Assembly (NCBI GenBank): GCA_965209155.1
Contig: OZ242383.1
Location: 3,712,001 to 3,776,000 of the forward strand
Reading direction: 5' to 3'
DNA length: 64,000 nucleotides
Origin: a bacterium
GTDB lineage: Bacteria > SAR324 > NAC60-12
Under the pieces are notes generated by a model, which worked only from the letters and a program-made list of their open reading frames with translations, was not told the origin of the DNA and did no database searches. This document shows, one piece after another, positions 50,590 to 61,527 of this stretch. Made by a program: the position numbers and the translations under genes. Position 1 is the stretch's first letter. Each line of letters opens with the position of its first letter.

Positions 50590-52476
50590 ATGCCTAATCA
50601 AAGACCGCTTCGCTTCCTCATCCATATAACATTAATTACAGGACTCGCTCTCGCCACTTCAATCGGCTGCCATTCTTTCCAGTCGACGAATGCGCCACTT
50701 GCTCCCGCAAAGGGGTCGCAGGAAAATCCTATTGAAGCGCAATATCGGCTTCTGGAGGATAATCCTGGTGATGCCAATTCGCATTATCGATTGGCGCTCA
50801 GTTTATTGGAACAAGAAGACTATACCAAGGCCCAAGTGCACATCAACGCGGCCATGAGAATCTCTCCGCCAAACGGGATTTATTTTGAATTGTGGGGAGA
50901 CCTTTCCTTTCGTTTGAATCGCTATAACGTGGCCATCAATGCCTTCAAATCGGCCATTCGATTGGAACCCGATCTCCTTTCCGCTTACTTAAAACTGGCC
51001 CTTGTCTATGAAAAAACTACCCAGTATGAACTGGCGTTAGTCACCTTGGAAGAAGGAATCAACCGGGATCCCCAATTTGTGGAAGCCTACTATCATTTGG
51101 CGCGTCTTCACTGGCTTCAGCATGAATATGAAGCAGCACGGGAAGCCATTAATAAAAGTCTGCTGTTCGAACCGGAAAATGAAGAATTCCTCTTGCTTCA
51201 GATACGAGTACATTCGGCAGAAGGTAATTACTACCATGCCAGAATCCTCACGGATCGTTTATTGGAGAAGCATCCCGATTCCTATGACGCCTGGCATGAA
51301 AAATTAAAGATCTTGTATACTCAACAAGAATGGAAGGCCGCCCTCCGCATGATTGAAATGTCGGACCACCCTCTCCACTTGAATGACCAGATGATTCATG
51401 CGCAGATCCTCATTCGCCAAAACCAGCTGGACGAGGTGCAAGCGATTCTGGAAACACTCTTAGAATCCTATCCACTGAATACGCAAATTATGGTGGAGTT
51501 CGCCACCCTGCTGATCCGGCAAGGCGCATTGCAAAAGGCGCTGCAATGGCTGCAACGTAGTACGGAAATTGACGATCAACAGGCGCATGTTTATTTTTTG
51601 CAGGCCTCTCTTTTTTTTAAGTTGGGGAATTTCCTCCAAGGGGATTTCGCTCTCGATAAAGCAACTACTTTGGCTCCTTTGAATCAAGACTATCTTCTTT
51701 TGAAATTGCGCCGGCAATTGATGAAGGGAGAATTCGATGAAGTGGAGCAACAATTGAAGGAATTATTGAAGAAACAATCGCTGGATCCTGAAGTATTGAG
51801 ACTGCAGTCCGACTTGTTCACGCTTCTGGGAAACTATGAACAAGCAGAACTTCTCATCCGCCAAATTCAAATCATAGCGGATCATGATGTCCTCCGCTTT
51901 TCACTTGCCCGCGTCTATTATTTTCAACAAAAATTCCAGTCCGTATTACCCATCACCACTTCCTTGATCGAAAAATATCCTGACGATTGGGAAAGTGTTT
52001 ATCTCCATGCCGCTACCCTGCAACGTCTCGGGAGACTGGAAGAGGCGTTTTCAATACTGCGACCAGTTTTACTACAAAAAAAAGGAAGCGGCTTCATCCA
52101 TCATCTGATGGGGGATATCTATCGATACCAGGGTGAGGAAAATTCAGCTCAGAGAATATATCTGGCAGGATTGGAAATTTTTCCTGAAAATGTTTATCTG
52201 ATCGCTGCCCTGAGCGCATCCTATCTGGCAGAACAAAAATGGCAAGAAGCTCATGATGTTATTTTAAAAGCAGTGGAGGAAAAACATCCCTTGCAAACCG
52301 TTTTATTGGACAGAATGGTATACACTGCATACCAAATCGGCAAACCCTTGGAAGCACGACGATATTTGCAACAATATAATCAAAACATCGATCCGATTTT
52401 CAAGGCTTACAACGTCGGTGTGGAAAAACGGTTGCTCTTTCCGATCGCTTCACCGGTATTGGGTTTTTCTTTGTAG
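50590..52476 (+). CDS. Tetratricopeptide-repeat protein (possible lipoprotein)
   Basis: Repeated TPR helices (AYLKLALVY, AYYHLARLH, HHLMGDIY); signal ending SIGC. Confidence 0.85.
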   Translation: MPNQRPLRFLIHITLITGLALATSIGCHSFQSTNAPLAPAKGSQENPIEAQYRLLEDNPGDANSHYRLALSLLEQEDYTKAQVHINAAMRISPPNGIYFELWGDLSFRLNRYNVAINAFKSAIRLEPDLLSAYLKLALVYEKTTQYELALVTLEEGINRDPQFVEAYYHLARLHWLQHEYEAAREAINKSLLFEPENEEFLLLQIRVHSAEGNYYHARILTDRLLEKHPDSYDAWHEKLKILYTQQEWKAALRMIEMSDHPLHLNDQMIHAQILIRQNQLDEVQAILETLLESYPLNTQIMVEFATLLIRQGALQKALQWLQRSTEIDDQQAHVYFLQASLFFKLGNFLQGDFALDKATTLAPLNQDYLLLKLRRQLMKGEFDEVEQQLKELLKKQSLDPEVLRLQSDLFTLLGNYEQAELLIRQIQIIADHDVLRFSLARVYYFQQKFQSVLPITTSLIEKYPDDWESVYLHAATLQRLGRLEEAFSILRPVLLQKKGSGFIHHLMGDIYRYQGEENSAQRIYLAGLEIFPENVYLIAALSASYLAEQKWQEAHDVILKAVEEKHPLQTVLLDRMVYTAYQIGKPLEARRYLQQYNQNIDPIFKAYNVGVEKRLLFPIASPVLGFSL

Positions 52477-52622
52477 ACTTCTTATAATTCAACGAAGCCA
52501 TCGATTCCGACTCCAGATCCACCATCATCTCGCCCTGTATTTTGCGGAACATACGAAGCGGTTGGAATTCAGCCGACTCACGCGCAGCGGATGCAAGAGG
52601 AATGGCGACAAAATTCAAATCA

Positions 52623-54968
52623 TCATGGTAGAGGCAGCAGCATGGTTTTGCGCTCAGTCACCGTGATAATTTTGTTGCGAGAAAAAAATACCGGGAAATA
52701 CTTCCCATCGGCCCATAAGGGGGCCAGGTCGCAATAGTGTCCACTATCCGGATCACCAGCCTGTCCGGGCGTATTGATGCCCAAGCAGCGATCCCAGTCG
52801 CTCAGGTCGGCAATCAGACGAAAAGAAGCGCCACTCGATTGCTCGTCTTCGGATCCGGTATTATTGACCGTGAAGGCGTCACCACCGCGTGGAAACGGAC
52901 CCACCTCGAGTCGTTCGCGTAGCTCGGCATTCACCGCATTACCCAGCATATGTCTGATGCGGATGGAGTGATAGGCGACCTGACCGTAAATCCACTCTTC
53001 GGGATTCGGACCGAATCGTTCCACGAGATCCTCGATTGCTTCAGTAAAACTCTCCCGGATAAGACGGTCCCGACCGGCGAGCGGTTCGACACCGAAGCTA
53101 CCATCCGGAGCAAGCAGGTTCTGAATCAGCGGAGTGATTGCCACGTTACAGAAGAATTCGCGCATATCTTCCGGAACGTGGATTTCCGTAAATTTCGCCC
53201 ACAGTTTCCTTTGCCAGGCAATGTAGATTCCCGCGCCTACTGATTTCTTGTCCAAAACAAAATCCCAGTCCCGCAGCCTTTCAATCGCTTCTTGCGCAAG
53301 CGCGCTGGATTCGGGAATATCCAGGTTTATCAAAAGCGGTATGAGTTCGCGAGCAGGGATCGAATATTCATCATTCTGAAGGCTTATCATGTCATGGGTG
53401 GTCAACTGCTTCCCACTGGATAGCACCTCCGCGATTCTCGCATAACGGAAAGGCTCGGCCCAATTGTAACTGATGGGATCGCTAAAATCGCGCGGCAGAT
53501 TTTCCTGGTTTGCAGTCGCGATAAATCCTTCAGTCGGATTGACGCGATGTGGCAGTTCAAGAATGGGCAGGTAGCCCTGCCACTCGAAGCGACCATCGCC
53601 AGGGACCGGGAGTAGTCCGTTCCAATTGGGTCTCCGTGGAAGCGCCCCAACCGTTTGCCAGCCCGTGTTGCCCTGCGTATCCGCCCAAATCATGTTTAAC
53701 GACGGAGCGCGGGAAAAGCTGCAGGCGACACGAAATTCTTTCCAGTTTTTGGCTTGGTCTATGCGCAAGCTGGCCAAATACGGGGCCCCACCGGTGTCCA
53801 GCCAGGCTGCGCGTAAACCAAAAGCCATCTTCTTCTCACGATCTTCGGCCAGTATCGGACCATGGCGTGAATATTTGAGTTCGACGACGGCGTCGACCTG
53901 GTCCTTGACGGGGATCATCTCGCGCACGATTCGCATGTCTTGCCAACTGTTGCGGTACCAATATCGATCGGGGTTGTCGGGATGGGTTCGGTAGACGTAC
54001 AAATCTTCACAGTCAGTCGGGAAAATTGTCAGTCCCCAGGCTCCGTGAGAGTTATGTCCGACTGAGATTCCGGGCAAGTGGGGTTCACCTGCCCCGATCA
54101 CGTTCCAACCCGGCGCGACCAAATGCACCCAATAACGCAGCGACGGCGCCGTAATTACCCGGTGCGGGTCATTCACGACAAACGGTTTCCGCGACATCGT
54201 TTTGCATCCACTGACAACCCAATTGTTGCTGCCTTCCTCCCGGCATCCCATTGAACCTGGCGGGCATCCTGCGATAGAGGAATAGGACTCCGACGCCCGG
54301 TCGGATGGATTCACTACGTCTTCCGGTATAAATTCGACTGCCTCGCGAGCTGCCAGATAGTACTTGAGCAGATCATGCGGAATTGCCTCGAGTTCGATTC
54401 CATCCGGAACTTCCAATTCAGGCTGGCCGGGATGGAGATTCATCAGCATCCGAATCGTGTCGGCCGAGACGGATTTGAGCGCCCTGGCAATTTGAACTTC
54501 AGTTTCCAGATTGAGAAAGATGCCGCCAATACGGCCCAATACGATATCTGGCGTCCACGGTTCGGGGATAATTCCAAGCAACCGGAACTCGAGCGGTAAA
54601 AGGTCGGGATCCCCCACTATATGACGAATAAAAGCGTTTATGCCTTCTACGAATGCAGTGACAATCGCTTTTCCATCCGGGTGATAAGAGGAGTACTCTT
54701 CTTCCATATTGCCACGGAATTTCAGCAGACGAGAACCGATGTCGCGATTCAGAGCTTTTGCGCCCTGAATTTCAGCCATCAGTCCCAGCACCCGGCGTCG
54801 CCAGATTTCAAGTTGAAAGAGACGATCGCGAGCCGCGTTGAAACCCTGCGCGAAGAACAGGTCGTGTTGGCTTTTGGCATAGATGTGGACGATCCCCCAT
54901 TGATCAGTCAGCAATTCAACGGGTGCCCTGAGACCGGCGATGTTCAGTGTTTCCATTTTCTCGTCCAA
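52623..54968 (-). CDS. Penicillin acylase family Ntn hydrolase without signal peptide
   Basis: DQWGIVHIYA, QGFNAARDRLFQLE, GSNNWVVSG, NDPHR, PGQAGDP. Confidence 0.93.
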   Translation of the reverse strand: MDEKMETLNIAGLRAPVELLTDQWGIVHIYAKSQHDLFFAQGFNAARDRLFQLEIWRRRVLGLMAEIQGAKALNRDIGSRLLKFRGNMEEEYSSYHPDGKAIVTAFVEGINAFIRHIVGDPDLLPLEFRLLGIIPEPWTPDIVLGRIGGIFLNLETEVQIARALKSVSADTIRMLMNLHPGQPELEVPDGIELEAIPHDLLKYYLAAREAVEFIPEDVVNPSDRASESYSSIAGCPPGSMGCREEGSNNWVVSGCKTMSRKPFVVNDPHRVITAPSLRYWVHLVAPGWNVIGAGEPHLPGISVGHNSHGAWGLTIFPTDCEDLYVYRTHPDNPDRYWYRNSWQDMRIVREMIPVKDQVDAVVELKYSRHGPILAEDREKKMAFGLRAAWLDTGGAPYLASLRIDQAKNWKEFRVACSFSRAPSLNMIWADTQGNTGWQTVGALPRRPNWNGLLPVPGDGRFEWQGYLPILELPHRVNPTEGFIATANQENLPRDFSDPISYNWAEPFRYARIAEVLSSGKQLTTHDMISLQNDEYSIPARELIPLLINLDIPESSALAQEAIERLRDWDFVLDKKSVGAGIYIAWQRKLWAKFTEIHVPEDMREFFCNVAITPLIQNLLAPDGSFGVEPLAGRDRLIRESFTEAIEDLVERFGPNPEEWIYGQVAYHSIRIRHMLGNAVNAELRERLEVGPFPRGGDAFTVNNTGSEDEQSSGASFRLIADLSDWDRCLGINTPGQAGDPDSGHYCDLAPLWADGKYFPVFFSRNKIITVTERKTMLLPLP

Positions 54969-55236
54969 TGGGTGATTAGATAGTTTTCAACTCTCTCGAA
55001 AATACGATTGGTCTGTTGGAATTTCAATTTTTTTCTTGATCGTTAATCTTTTTCCAGTATTTTGAGTGCCTGTTCAAATAATTTTAAAACTGAAGTTACC
55101 TGAGATTTTTTTCGTAATGAGGATTTTTCCAAAAATATTCTGGTTCGGCTTGTAGCTGCAAATTGCCGGAGTCCTGGGTTCCACGTATGAAATTTTCACG
55201 TAACCCGAGTTAAAAACGTTCATGAAGAAGGTAAAT

Positions 55237-57087
55237 ATGAGTAAAGTAATGAGCAAAACAGTAAGTGTATTATCTGCGATCAGTTTTGTTTTTTCCGCGT
55301 CGATTTTATTTGCGGGGGAAGCGCCGATGCTGGCTGAAATGGTCAAAGCAGGCAAATTGCCACCGCTTGCAGAGAGGTTGCCGGAAAATCCGTTGGTGGA
55401 AGTTCCGGTGAGTGAAATTGGTACCTATGGCGACAAATTGGTTTTGGGTACCGCATTCTTTCTGGACGACGAAAGACTTCCAGTCCGCGTTGACAGGAAT
55501 GGTTTTTTTCAATTCACATACCCGTTTCCTGCGGAAGGGCCTATTCTTCCCAATCTCGCCGAGTCCTGGGATTGGAACGATGATGGAACCGAGTTGATCA
55601 TCAATCTGAGAAAAGGAATCAAATGGTCGGATGGTATGCCATTTACTGCGGAAGACGTAGTTTTCTTCATGGAAGATATCGTCAATGACGACAATGTCGC
55701 CTATGTGTGGTTCTATGAAGGAAACTTTTATGACGCCAGTGGCAATTTTCCTCGTCTCACCAAGATGGACGATTTTACTTTGAAGTTCGAGTACGATGAC
55801 AAAGCATTCCTTTTTGAGAAAAAATATTCGAATGTCACTTGGGCTGCCATGCCTAAACATCATATCTCACAGTGGCATCCGAAGTATAACCCGGATTCCG
55901 ATTACGAAACGCTGAATGAAAAAATCAAGATCCTCGGTGTGGATTCGGAAGGGGGGCGAGTCACGCTGAATGCTTGGGTAGTCGACGAGTATGTCCCTGA
56001 TGAAAAACTGCACATGACCAGGAATCCGTATTATTGGAAAGTTGACCCTGATGGGAATCAGCTTCCCTATTTTGACGAGTTTGAGATCCTGGTTGCCGGA
56101 GACAGACCCGCTGTTGGTTTGGGTAACATGACGGGAGAATACGATCACGATCATATGTGGACGGGTTATCCGCACTATTCGATGTGGCTGGAAGAACAAG
56201 GTAAACCGGGGAGGGATTATTCCATCGGTTTTTCAAACGCTCCCGGCATGAAAATAAGTTTCAATTTCGATGTCGAGGACCCGGAAGCCAGGGCAGTGCA
56301 ACGAAATGTTCATTTCAGACGAGCACTCTCTTTAGCAATCGACAGACCGACCATATCGAGAACGTTGGCATTTGACCTGATGACGCCTATCGGATGCTCT
56401 TGGGCCCCCGATTCTCCATATTTCGATGAGAGGTACGGGTACCTGTATTCCGAGCACGATCCGGACCAGGCGCGACAGATACTGGACGACGCCGAAATCG
56501 TAGACCGGGATGGTGATGGCATCAGAGAACTTCCCAGTGGTGAGAAATTGGAACTGATTTGGGATATGTACGCCCATGATCTCTTTACTCCCATGTCGGA
56601 AATGATTGTGGGTATGGTCAAAGAAGTAGGGATTAACTTGATACTGAATGAAACGCACCAGACTTTGCACACCACCAATTTGTTTGCCGGAAATTTCGAA
56701 ATGTCCACTTCGGATTTTGAAAATTACAACGAACCACTTCTGGCAGTGGACAGGTGGGTGCCGACCGAAACGGGTTCTCCCTTCTATCACAAAAATGCGC
56801 ACGTCAACGGAGGATTTTCCCCGGAATACGATGAATTTACCAGGCTGCTGAGGGAAGCAAGCGTGGCCAGTATCGATGAAGGTATCGAATTGGGAAAAGA
56901 GGCGAACAGGATTATGGCAGAAAATGTATTTATGATCCATGTCGGTGTTCGCAAACGCCCTTTTATCAACTCGAACAGACTGGGAAACATGGTCTTGGAG
57001 TCGACAAGAGTCCAGGAATATGGAAATTTTGACCCGCCATTCAGGTATATGCAAGTCTACGCGAAATATCCCGCGAATCGGCCCTGA
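55237..57087 (+). CDS. ABC transporter substrate-binding protein, family 5 (oligosaccharide/peptide type)
   Basis: EAPMLAEMVKAGKLPPLAERLPENP, PNLAESW, RNPYYWKVD, FRRALSLAIDR. Confidence 0.94.
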   Translation: MSKVMSKTVSVLSAISFVFSASILFAGEAPMLAEMVKAGKLPPLAERLPENPLVEVPVSEIGTYGDKLVLGTAFFLDDERLPVRVDRNGFFQFTYPFPAEGPILPNLAESWDWNDDGTELIINLRKGIKWSDGMPFTAEDVVFFMEDIVNDDNVAYVWFYEGNFYDASGNFPRLTKMDDFTLKFEYDDKAFLFEKKYSNVTWAAMPKHHISQWHPKYNPDSDYETLNEKIKILGVDSEGGRVTLNAWVVDEYVPDEKLHMTRNPYYWKVDPDGNQLPYFDEFEILVAGDRPAVGLGNMTGEYDHDHMWTGYPHYSMWLEEQGKPGRDYSIGFSNAPGMKISFNFDVEDPEARAVQRNVHFRRALSLAIDRPTISRTLAFDLMTPIGCSWAPDSPYFDERYGYLYSEHDPDQARQILDDAEIVDRDGDGIRELPSGEKLELIWDMYAHDLFTPMSEMIVGMVKEVGINLILNETHQTLHTTNLFAGNFEMSTSDFENYNEPLLAVDRWVPTETGSPFYHKNAHVNGGFSPEYDEFTRLLREASVASIDEGIELGKEANRIMAENVFMIHVGVRKRPFINSNRLGNMVLESTRVQEYGNFDPPFRYMQVYAKYPANRP

Positions 57088-57097
57088 TAAGTATTTG

Positions 57098-57186
57098 ACG
57101 GAGTTTCAGCACGTGTCCAATCAACACGTGCCGGCTCCGTTTCACCCTCCCGGTTTTATTTGTGAATTATGAAAATTCAGGGTGAA
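57098..57186 (+). terminator. Two intergenic stem-loops after the SBP (partial terminator or mRNA stabiliser)
   Basis: acggag..gcacgtgt/acacgtgc..ctccgt (57098-57140) and ttcaccct/agggtgaa (57141-57186). Confidence 0.5.
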
Positions 57187-57326
57187 TGGTTTATCCACGA
57201 AATGCGATTTATAATCTCCACCCTCCTGCTATCGTTGTGTCTGGACGGCAAGAACCGCTGGTGAACTACAAGAAGTAAGGAGTCAAAATAGAGTAGTATA
57301 AAGAGTCAACGAGTCGATATACCAAA

Positions 57327-58331
57327 ATGGGAATACTCACTTACACGCTGAGAAGAATTTTAATATCAATTCCCGTCGTCATCATCATTTCAATCATCTG
57401 TTTTGGAATCATTCAGTTGCCTCCCGGTGACTATGCGGATGCGTATGCCGCTCGGGCGACTATGACCGGAGGGGGGAACGTTTCCAAAGATTATATCGAA
57501 ATGTTGAGAGAACGGTACGGACTGGATCAACCATTTTGGATTCAATACTGGAAATGGGTGAAGGGTTTTCCCGAAGGCGATTTTGGAATCGCAATGTCTT
57601 TGCAAGGCACGTCGGTTGCCGACTTGTTAAAGGAAAGACTGCCCATGACGATCTTTATCAATCTTTGCGCACTTTTTTTTGCGCTGATGATAGCATTACC
57701 GATCGGGTTGTATTCAGCCACTCATAAATACAGTTTACTCGATTATTTATTGACGTTTGTTGCCTTTATTGGCATCGCGATTCCGGGATTCATTCTCGCA
57801 GTGCTGATCATCGCCATCTCCATTTTTTGGATGGATTCCTCATACGTCGGTCGTTTGTATTCCAATGAATTTATTGGAGCGCCTTGGGATATGGCAAAAG
57901 TGATTGATTTTTTAAAGCATCTTCCCGCGCCAATCATCGCAATTGGTGTTGCTCAGACGTCGAACACGATGCGAATCATGAGGGGCAATATGTTGGATGT
58001 TCTCAAACAACCATTCATACAAACAGCCCGAGCAAAAGGACTGTCGGAACCCGGCGTGCATTGGAAGCATGCTTCAAGAATCGCAGTCAATCCGATCATC
58101 AGCAGGATTGGGGTCTACCTTCCCGAAATTATTGCCACTGAAATGCTCGTCTCTATCGTCTTGAATTTAAATACGATTGGACCCTTGTTTTACGATTCGT
58201 TGATCTCACAGGATATGTATTTGGCGGGTACCATTTTGTTGGTTATTTCAGTTATCCTGGTCATTGGCAATTTAATTGCCGATGTGGTCCTCGCCCTGAC
58301 AGATCCTCGTATAAGGTTTGAGTTGATATAA
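57327..58331 (+). CDS. ABC transporter permease (DppB/OppB)
   Basis: YGLDQPFWIQYWKW, ERLPMT, QTARAKGL, DPRIR. Confidence 0.94.
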   Translation: MGILTYTLRRILISIPVVIIISIICFGIIQLPPGDYADAYAARATMTGGGNVSKDYIEMLRERYGLDQPFWIQYWKWVKGFPEGDFGIAMSLQGTSVADLLKERLPMTIFINLCALFFALMIALPIGLYSATHKYSLLDYLLTFVAFIGIAIPGFILAVLIIAISIFWMDSSYVGRLYSNEFIGAPWDMAKVIDFLKHLPAPIIAIGVAQTSNTMRIMRGNMLDVLKQPFIQTARAKGLSEPGVHWKHASRIAVNPIISRIGVYLPEIIATEMLVSIVLNLNTIGPLFYDSLISQDMYLAGTILLVISVILVIGNLIADVVLALTDPRIRFELI

Positions 58332-58344
58332 GGAACTTCCCACC

Positions 58345-59463
58345 GTGTTCTTTAAAAAAAAATCTCAGGAGAATGAAGAATACGTCGTGCTGTCGGAAGG
58401 ACAGCTCATGTGGCGGCGATTTTTAAAGCACCGAGTTGCCGTTGCCGCATCGATCATCCTGATGATCGTCTACCTGATCGTCATATTCGCTGATTTTTTT
58501 GCTCCCTATGGGATGCTGACGAACCATCCGTATTACATATATGCTCCTCCGCAAATTACAAAAATCCGTTTTGTTGACCATGAGGGGCAATTTCACTTCC
58601 GTCCGTTTATATATCGACAAATCGCCTCCAGGGACCCCAAGACCCTCAGGTTCGTATACAATGACGATCTGAACCAGAAAGATTTTCTGCATTTTTTCGT
58701 CCATGGTGAAGAGTATACCATGTTGGGATTCATAAAAAGTGACATCCACTTGTTTGGTGTTGGAGAAGGAAAATTATTTTTACTGGGAACTGATATCATT
58801 GGTCGGGATTTGTTCACGAGGATCATCTTTGGGGGGAGAATTTCGCTATCCATCGGAATCATCGGAGTGTTCATTCTGGTTATCATCGGGACCATCGTGG
58901 GCACCATATCCGGGTACTTTGGTGGTTGGATAGACAATTTTCTTCAGAGGATCATCGAGATCTTCAGGATCATTCCGCAAATTGCCCTCTGGATGGCGCT
59001 TGCCGCGATCATCCCCAAGGAATGGCCTTCAACCTACGTCTATTTAGGAATCGTGATTATATTCGGATTTATCAGTTGGACCGGTCTGGCGAGAGAACTG
59101 AGGGGAAAAGTATTGGCTATTCGACGATCAGATTATATATATGCTGCGGAAATATCGGGTGCCGGTGTGAGTAGAATCATCGTCAAACACATTATCCCCA
59201 ATGTATTGAGTCATATCATTGTCATTGCCACCTTGAGCATACCCATGATGATCATAGGTGAAGCCGCCTTGAGTTTTTTAGGACTGGGAATCAAACCGCC
59301 AATGACCAGTTGGGGACTTCTCCTCACCAAGCTCAGGGAGGTGCAAACCTTAAAGCACTATCCCTGGTTGATCAGTCCGGCGGGTATTATTGTCATCTCC
59401 GTTCTCTGTTTCAATTTCGTCGGGGACGCTTTGAGGGATGTCTATGATCCCTATTCGGACTGA
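58345..59463 (+). CDS. ABC transporter permease (DppC/OppC)
   Basis: LGTDIIGRDLFTR, KHIIPN, EAALSFLGLG, GDALRD. Confidence 0.94.
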   Translation: MFFKKKSQENEEYVVLSEGQLMWRRFLKHRVAVAASIILMIVYLIVIFADFFAPYGMLTNHPYYIYAPPQITKIRFVDHEGQFHFRPFIYRQIASRDPKTLRFVYNDDLNQKDFLHFFVHGEEYTMLGFIKSDIHLFGVGEGKLFLLGTDIIGRDLFTRIIFGGRISLSIGIIGVFILVIIGTIVGTISGYFGGWIDNFLQRIIEIFRIIPQIALWMALAAIIPKEWPSTYVYLGIVIIFGFISWTGLARELRGKVLAIRRSDYIYAAEISGAGVSRIIVKHIIPNVLSHIIVIATLSIPMMIIGEAALSFLGLGIKPPMTSWGLLLTKLREVQTLKHYPWLISPAGIIVISVLCFNFVGDALRDVYDPYSD

Positions 59464-59497
59464 TTTTCAGTTTTAAATCACTTTTGCTTTTGAAAGG

Positions 59498-60511
59498 ATG
59501 TTGGAGTTGGAAAAGGAAAATATTTTAGTCGACGTGCGCGACTTGAAAGTGTATTTCCATATAGAGCAGGGAATCGTCAGGGCAGTGGACGGGCTCAGTT
59601 TTCAAATTGAGAAAGGAAAGTCTCTTGGGATTGTTGGCGAAAGCGGATGTGGAAAAACCATAACCGCTTTATCCTTGATGCTGCTGCATCCACAGCCGGA
59701 GGGAAAGATCGAGGGGGGAAATATATTTTATTACCCGGATGCCGAGAGTCGGATAGACATCGCAAAATTGGGAATTCATAGCAAAAAAATTCGGGATACG
59801 AGGGGAAATGAGATTGCGATGATATTTCAAGAACCCATGATGTCCCTGAATCCGGTTTATAAAATAGGTCAGCAGCTGATGGAAGCGATCCGCCTCCATC
59901 AAAAAGTGGATAAAAAAAGGGCAAAAGAAATCGCCATCGAAGCGCTCGGGCGTGTAAGAATATCCGCTCCGGAGCAGCGTATAAACGACTATCCTTTTCA
60001 ATTGAGTGGAGGAATGCGACAGAGAGTCTTGATCGCCATTGCCCTTTCCTGTAATCCCAAACTCCTCATTGCCGATGAACCGACCACTGCGCTGGACGTT
60101 ACTATAGAAGCGGAAATACTGAATTTAATAAAGGATCTTCAAAAAGAACTGAACATGTCCCTGATGATGATTACCCATGATCTCGGCGTCATTGGAGAAG
60201 TGACCGATGATGTCGCTGTCATGTATGTTGGTAAAATTGTGGAAAAAGCGGACACGAGGAAGCTGTTTGAAGAGCCCCTGCATCCTTATACGAAAGCCTT
60301 ATTCAAATCCCGCCCTGAAATCAGAACGGAAGGCCGGCTCTCTTCAATCAAGGGTTCTGTTCCCAATCCCTACCTGCTGCCGAAAGGGTGCAGCTTCGAA
60401 CCAAGATGTGATGAGGCGATGGATATCTGTAAAATGAATCCCCCGGGACTTTTTAACCTGGACGGGCATTATGTCAGTTGCTGGAAATACAATGAACAGG
60501 AGGGGTTATAG
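59498..60511 (+). CDS. ABC transporter ATP-binding protein (DppD/OppD)
   Basis: GESGCGKT, LSGGMRQRV, IADEPTTALD, HPYT. Confidence 0.96.
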   Translation: MLELEKENILVDVRDLKVYFHIEQGIVRAVDGLSFQIEKGKSLGIVGESGCGKTITALSLMLLHPQPEGKIEGGNIFYYPDAESRIDIAKLGIHSKKIRDTRGNEIAMIFQEPMMSLNPVYKIGQQLMEAIRLHQKVDKKRAKEIAIEALGRVRISAPEQRINDYPFQLSGGMRQRVLIAIALSCNPKLLIADEPTTALDVTIEAEILNLIKDLQKELNMSLMMITHDLGVIGEVTDDVAVMYVGKIVEKADTRKLFEEPLHPYTKALFKSRPEIRTEGRLSSIKGSVPNPYLLPKGCSFEPRCDEAMDICKMNPPGLFNLDGHYVSCWKYNEQEGL

Positions 60512-61527
60512 AGACACCTGAAAAAAATATACTGGTGGTCAAAGGACTGAAAAAATATTTTCCCAACCGCAAGGGTTTTTTTTACAGGATTGCGAATTAT
60601 AACAAAGCCGTCAATGGAGTGGACTTTTTTATAAAGAAGGGAGAATCCGTCGGCTTGGTCGGGGAAAGTGGTTCCGGAAAAACGACGGTAGGACGTTGTA
60701 TTGTCCGGTTGTATGAACCTACGGAAGGCAGTATTGAATTCAATATCAACGGTCGGGTAATGGACGTTGCAAAAGTTCCGAAGCGGGAAATGAAAAGTAT
60801 CAGGAAACATTTCCAGATGCTCTTTCAGGACGTCTATTCCTCGCTCGATTCCAGAATGAAAGTAGCGGAAATCGTCACTGAACCGATGGCGATTCATAAC
60901 GTGGGCAATAAAAAAGAGAGAACCGAGCGGGCAAAAGAGCTGATGGAAAGGGTCGGGTTATCGGCAAACGACATATATAAATATCCCCACCAATTCAGTG
61001 GTGGACAGAGACAGCGTATCGGAATTACCAGGGCATTGAGCATCAGTCCCGATTTCATCATCTGTGATGAGCCTGTTTCGGCATTGGATGTTTCGGTACA
61101 AGCACAAATATTGAATCTGCTGCTGGACCTGCGAGATGAGTTTCAATTGTCGTATCTCTTCATTGCCCATGATTTGGGTGTTGTGAAATACATCAGTGAT
61201 AGAATAATCGTCATGTACCTGGGAAAGATCGTTGAAATCGCTTCGTCGCGAGAAATCTATGAAAAACCCCGCCATCCCTACACCGAAGCCTTATTGGCTG
61301 CCATATCGAAATACAAGGCTGGCAGTACCAGGGAAATTTTGCTGAAAGGCAGTATCCCGGACCCTTCCAATCCCCCTGCTGGCTGCGTTTTGGAACCCCG
61401 CTGCGCCTATGCGAAAGATATCTGTAAAGAAGTATTACCCGACCTGGAACCCATTCCGGAACAACCGGAAGCTTTTGTCGCCTGTCACAGGTATAAAGAA
61501 TTGGACCTGAAGAGCTATACTCACTGA
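60508..61527 (+). CDS. ABC transporter ATP-binding protein (DppF/OppF); start ATA 60508 or GTG 60535
   Basis: GESGSGKT, FSGGQRQRI, CDEPVSALD, HPYTEALL. Confidence 0.95.
   Translation: METPEKNILVVKGLKKYFPNRKGFFYRIANYNKAVNGVDFFIKKGESVGLVGESGSGKTTVGRCIVRLYEPTEGSIEFNINGRVMDVAKVPKREMKSIRKHFQMLFQDVYSSLDSRMKVAEIVTEPMAIHNVGNKKERTERAKELMERVGLSANDIYKYPHQFSGGQRQRIGITRALSISPDFIICDEPVSALDVSVQAQILNLLLDLRDEFQLSYLFIAHDLGVVKYISDRIIVMYLGKIVEIASSREIYEKPRHPYTEALLAAISKYKAGSTREILLKGSIPDPSNPPAGCVLEPRCAYAKDICKEVLPDLEPIPEQPEAFVACHRYKELDLKSYTH

Noticed and set aside
52474..52737. TAG readthrough extending the TPR protein
   Set aside because: The downstream frame is open but has no TPR character and runs into the convergent acylase gene; there is no evidence of recoding.
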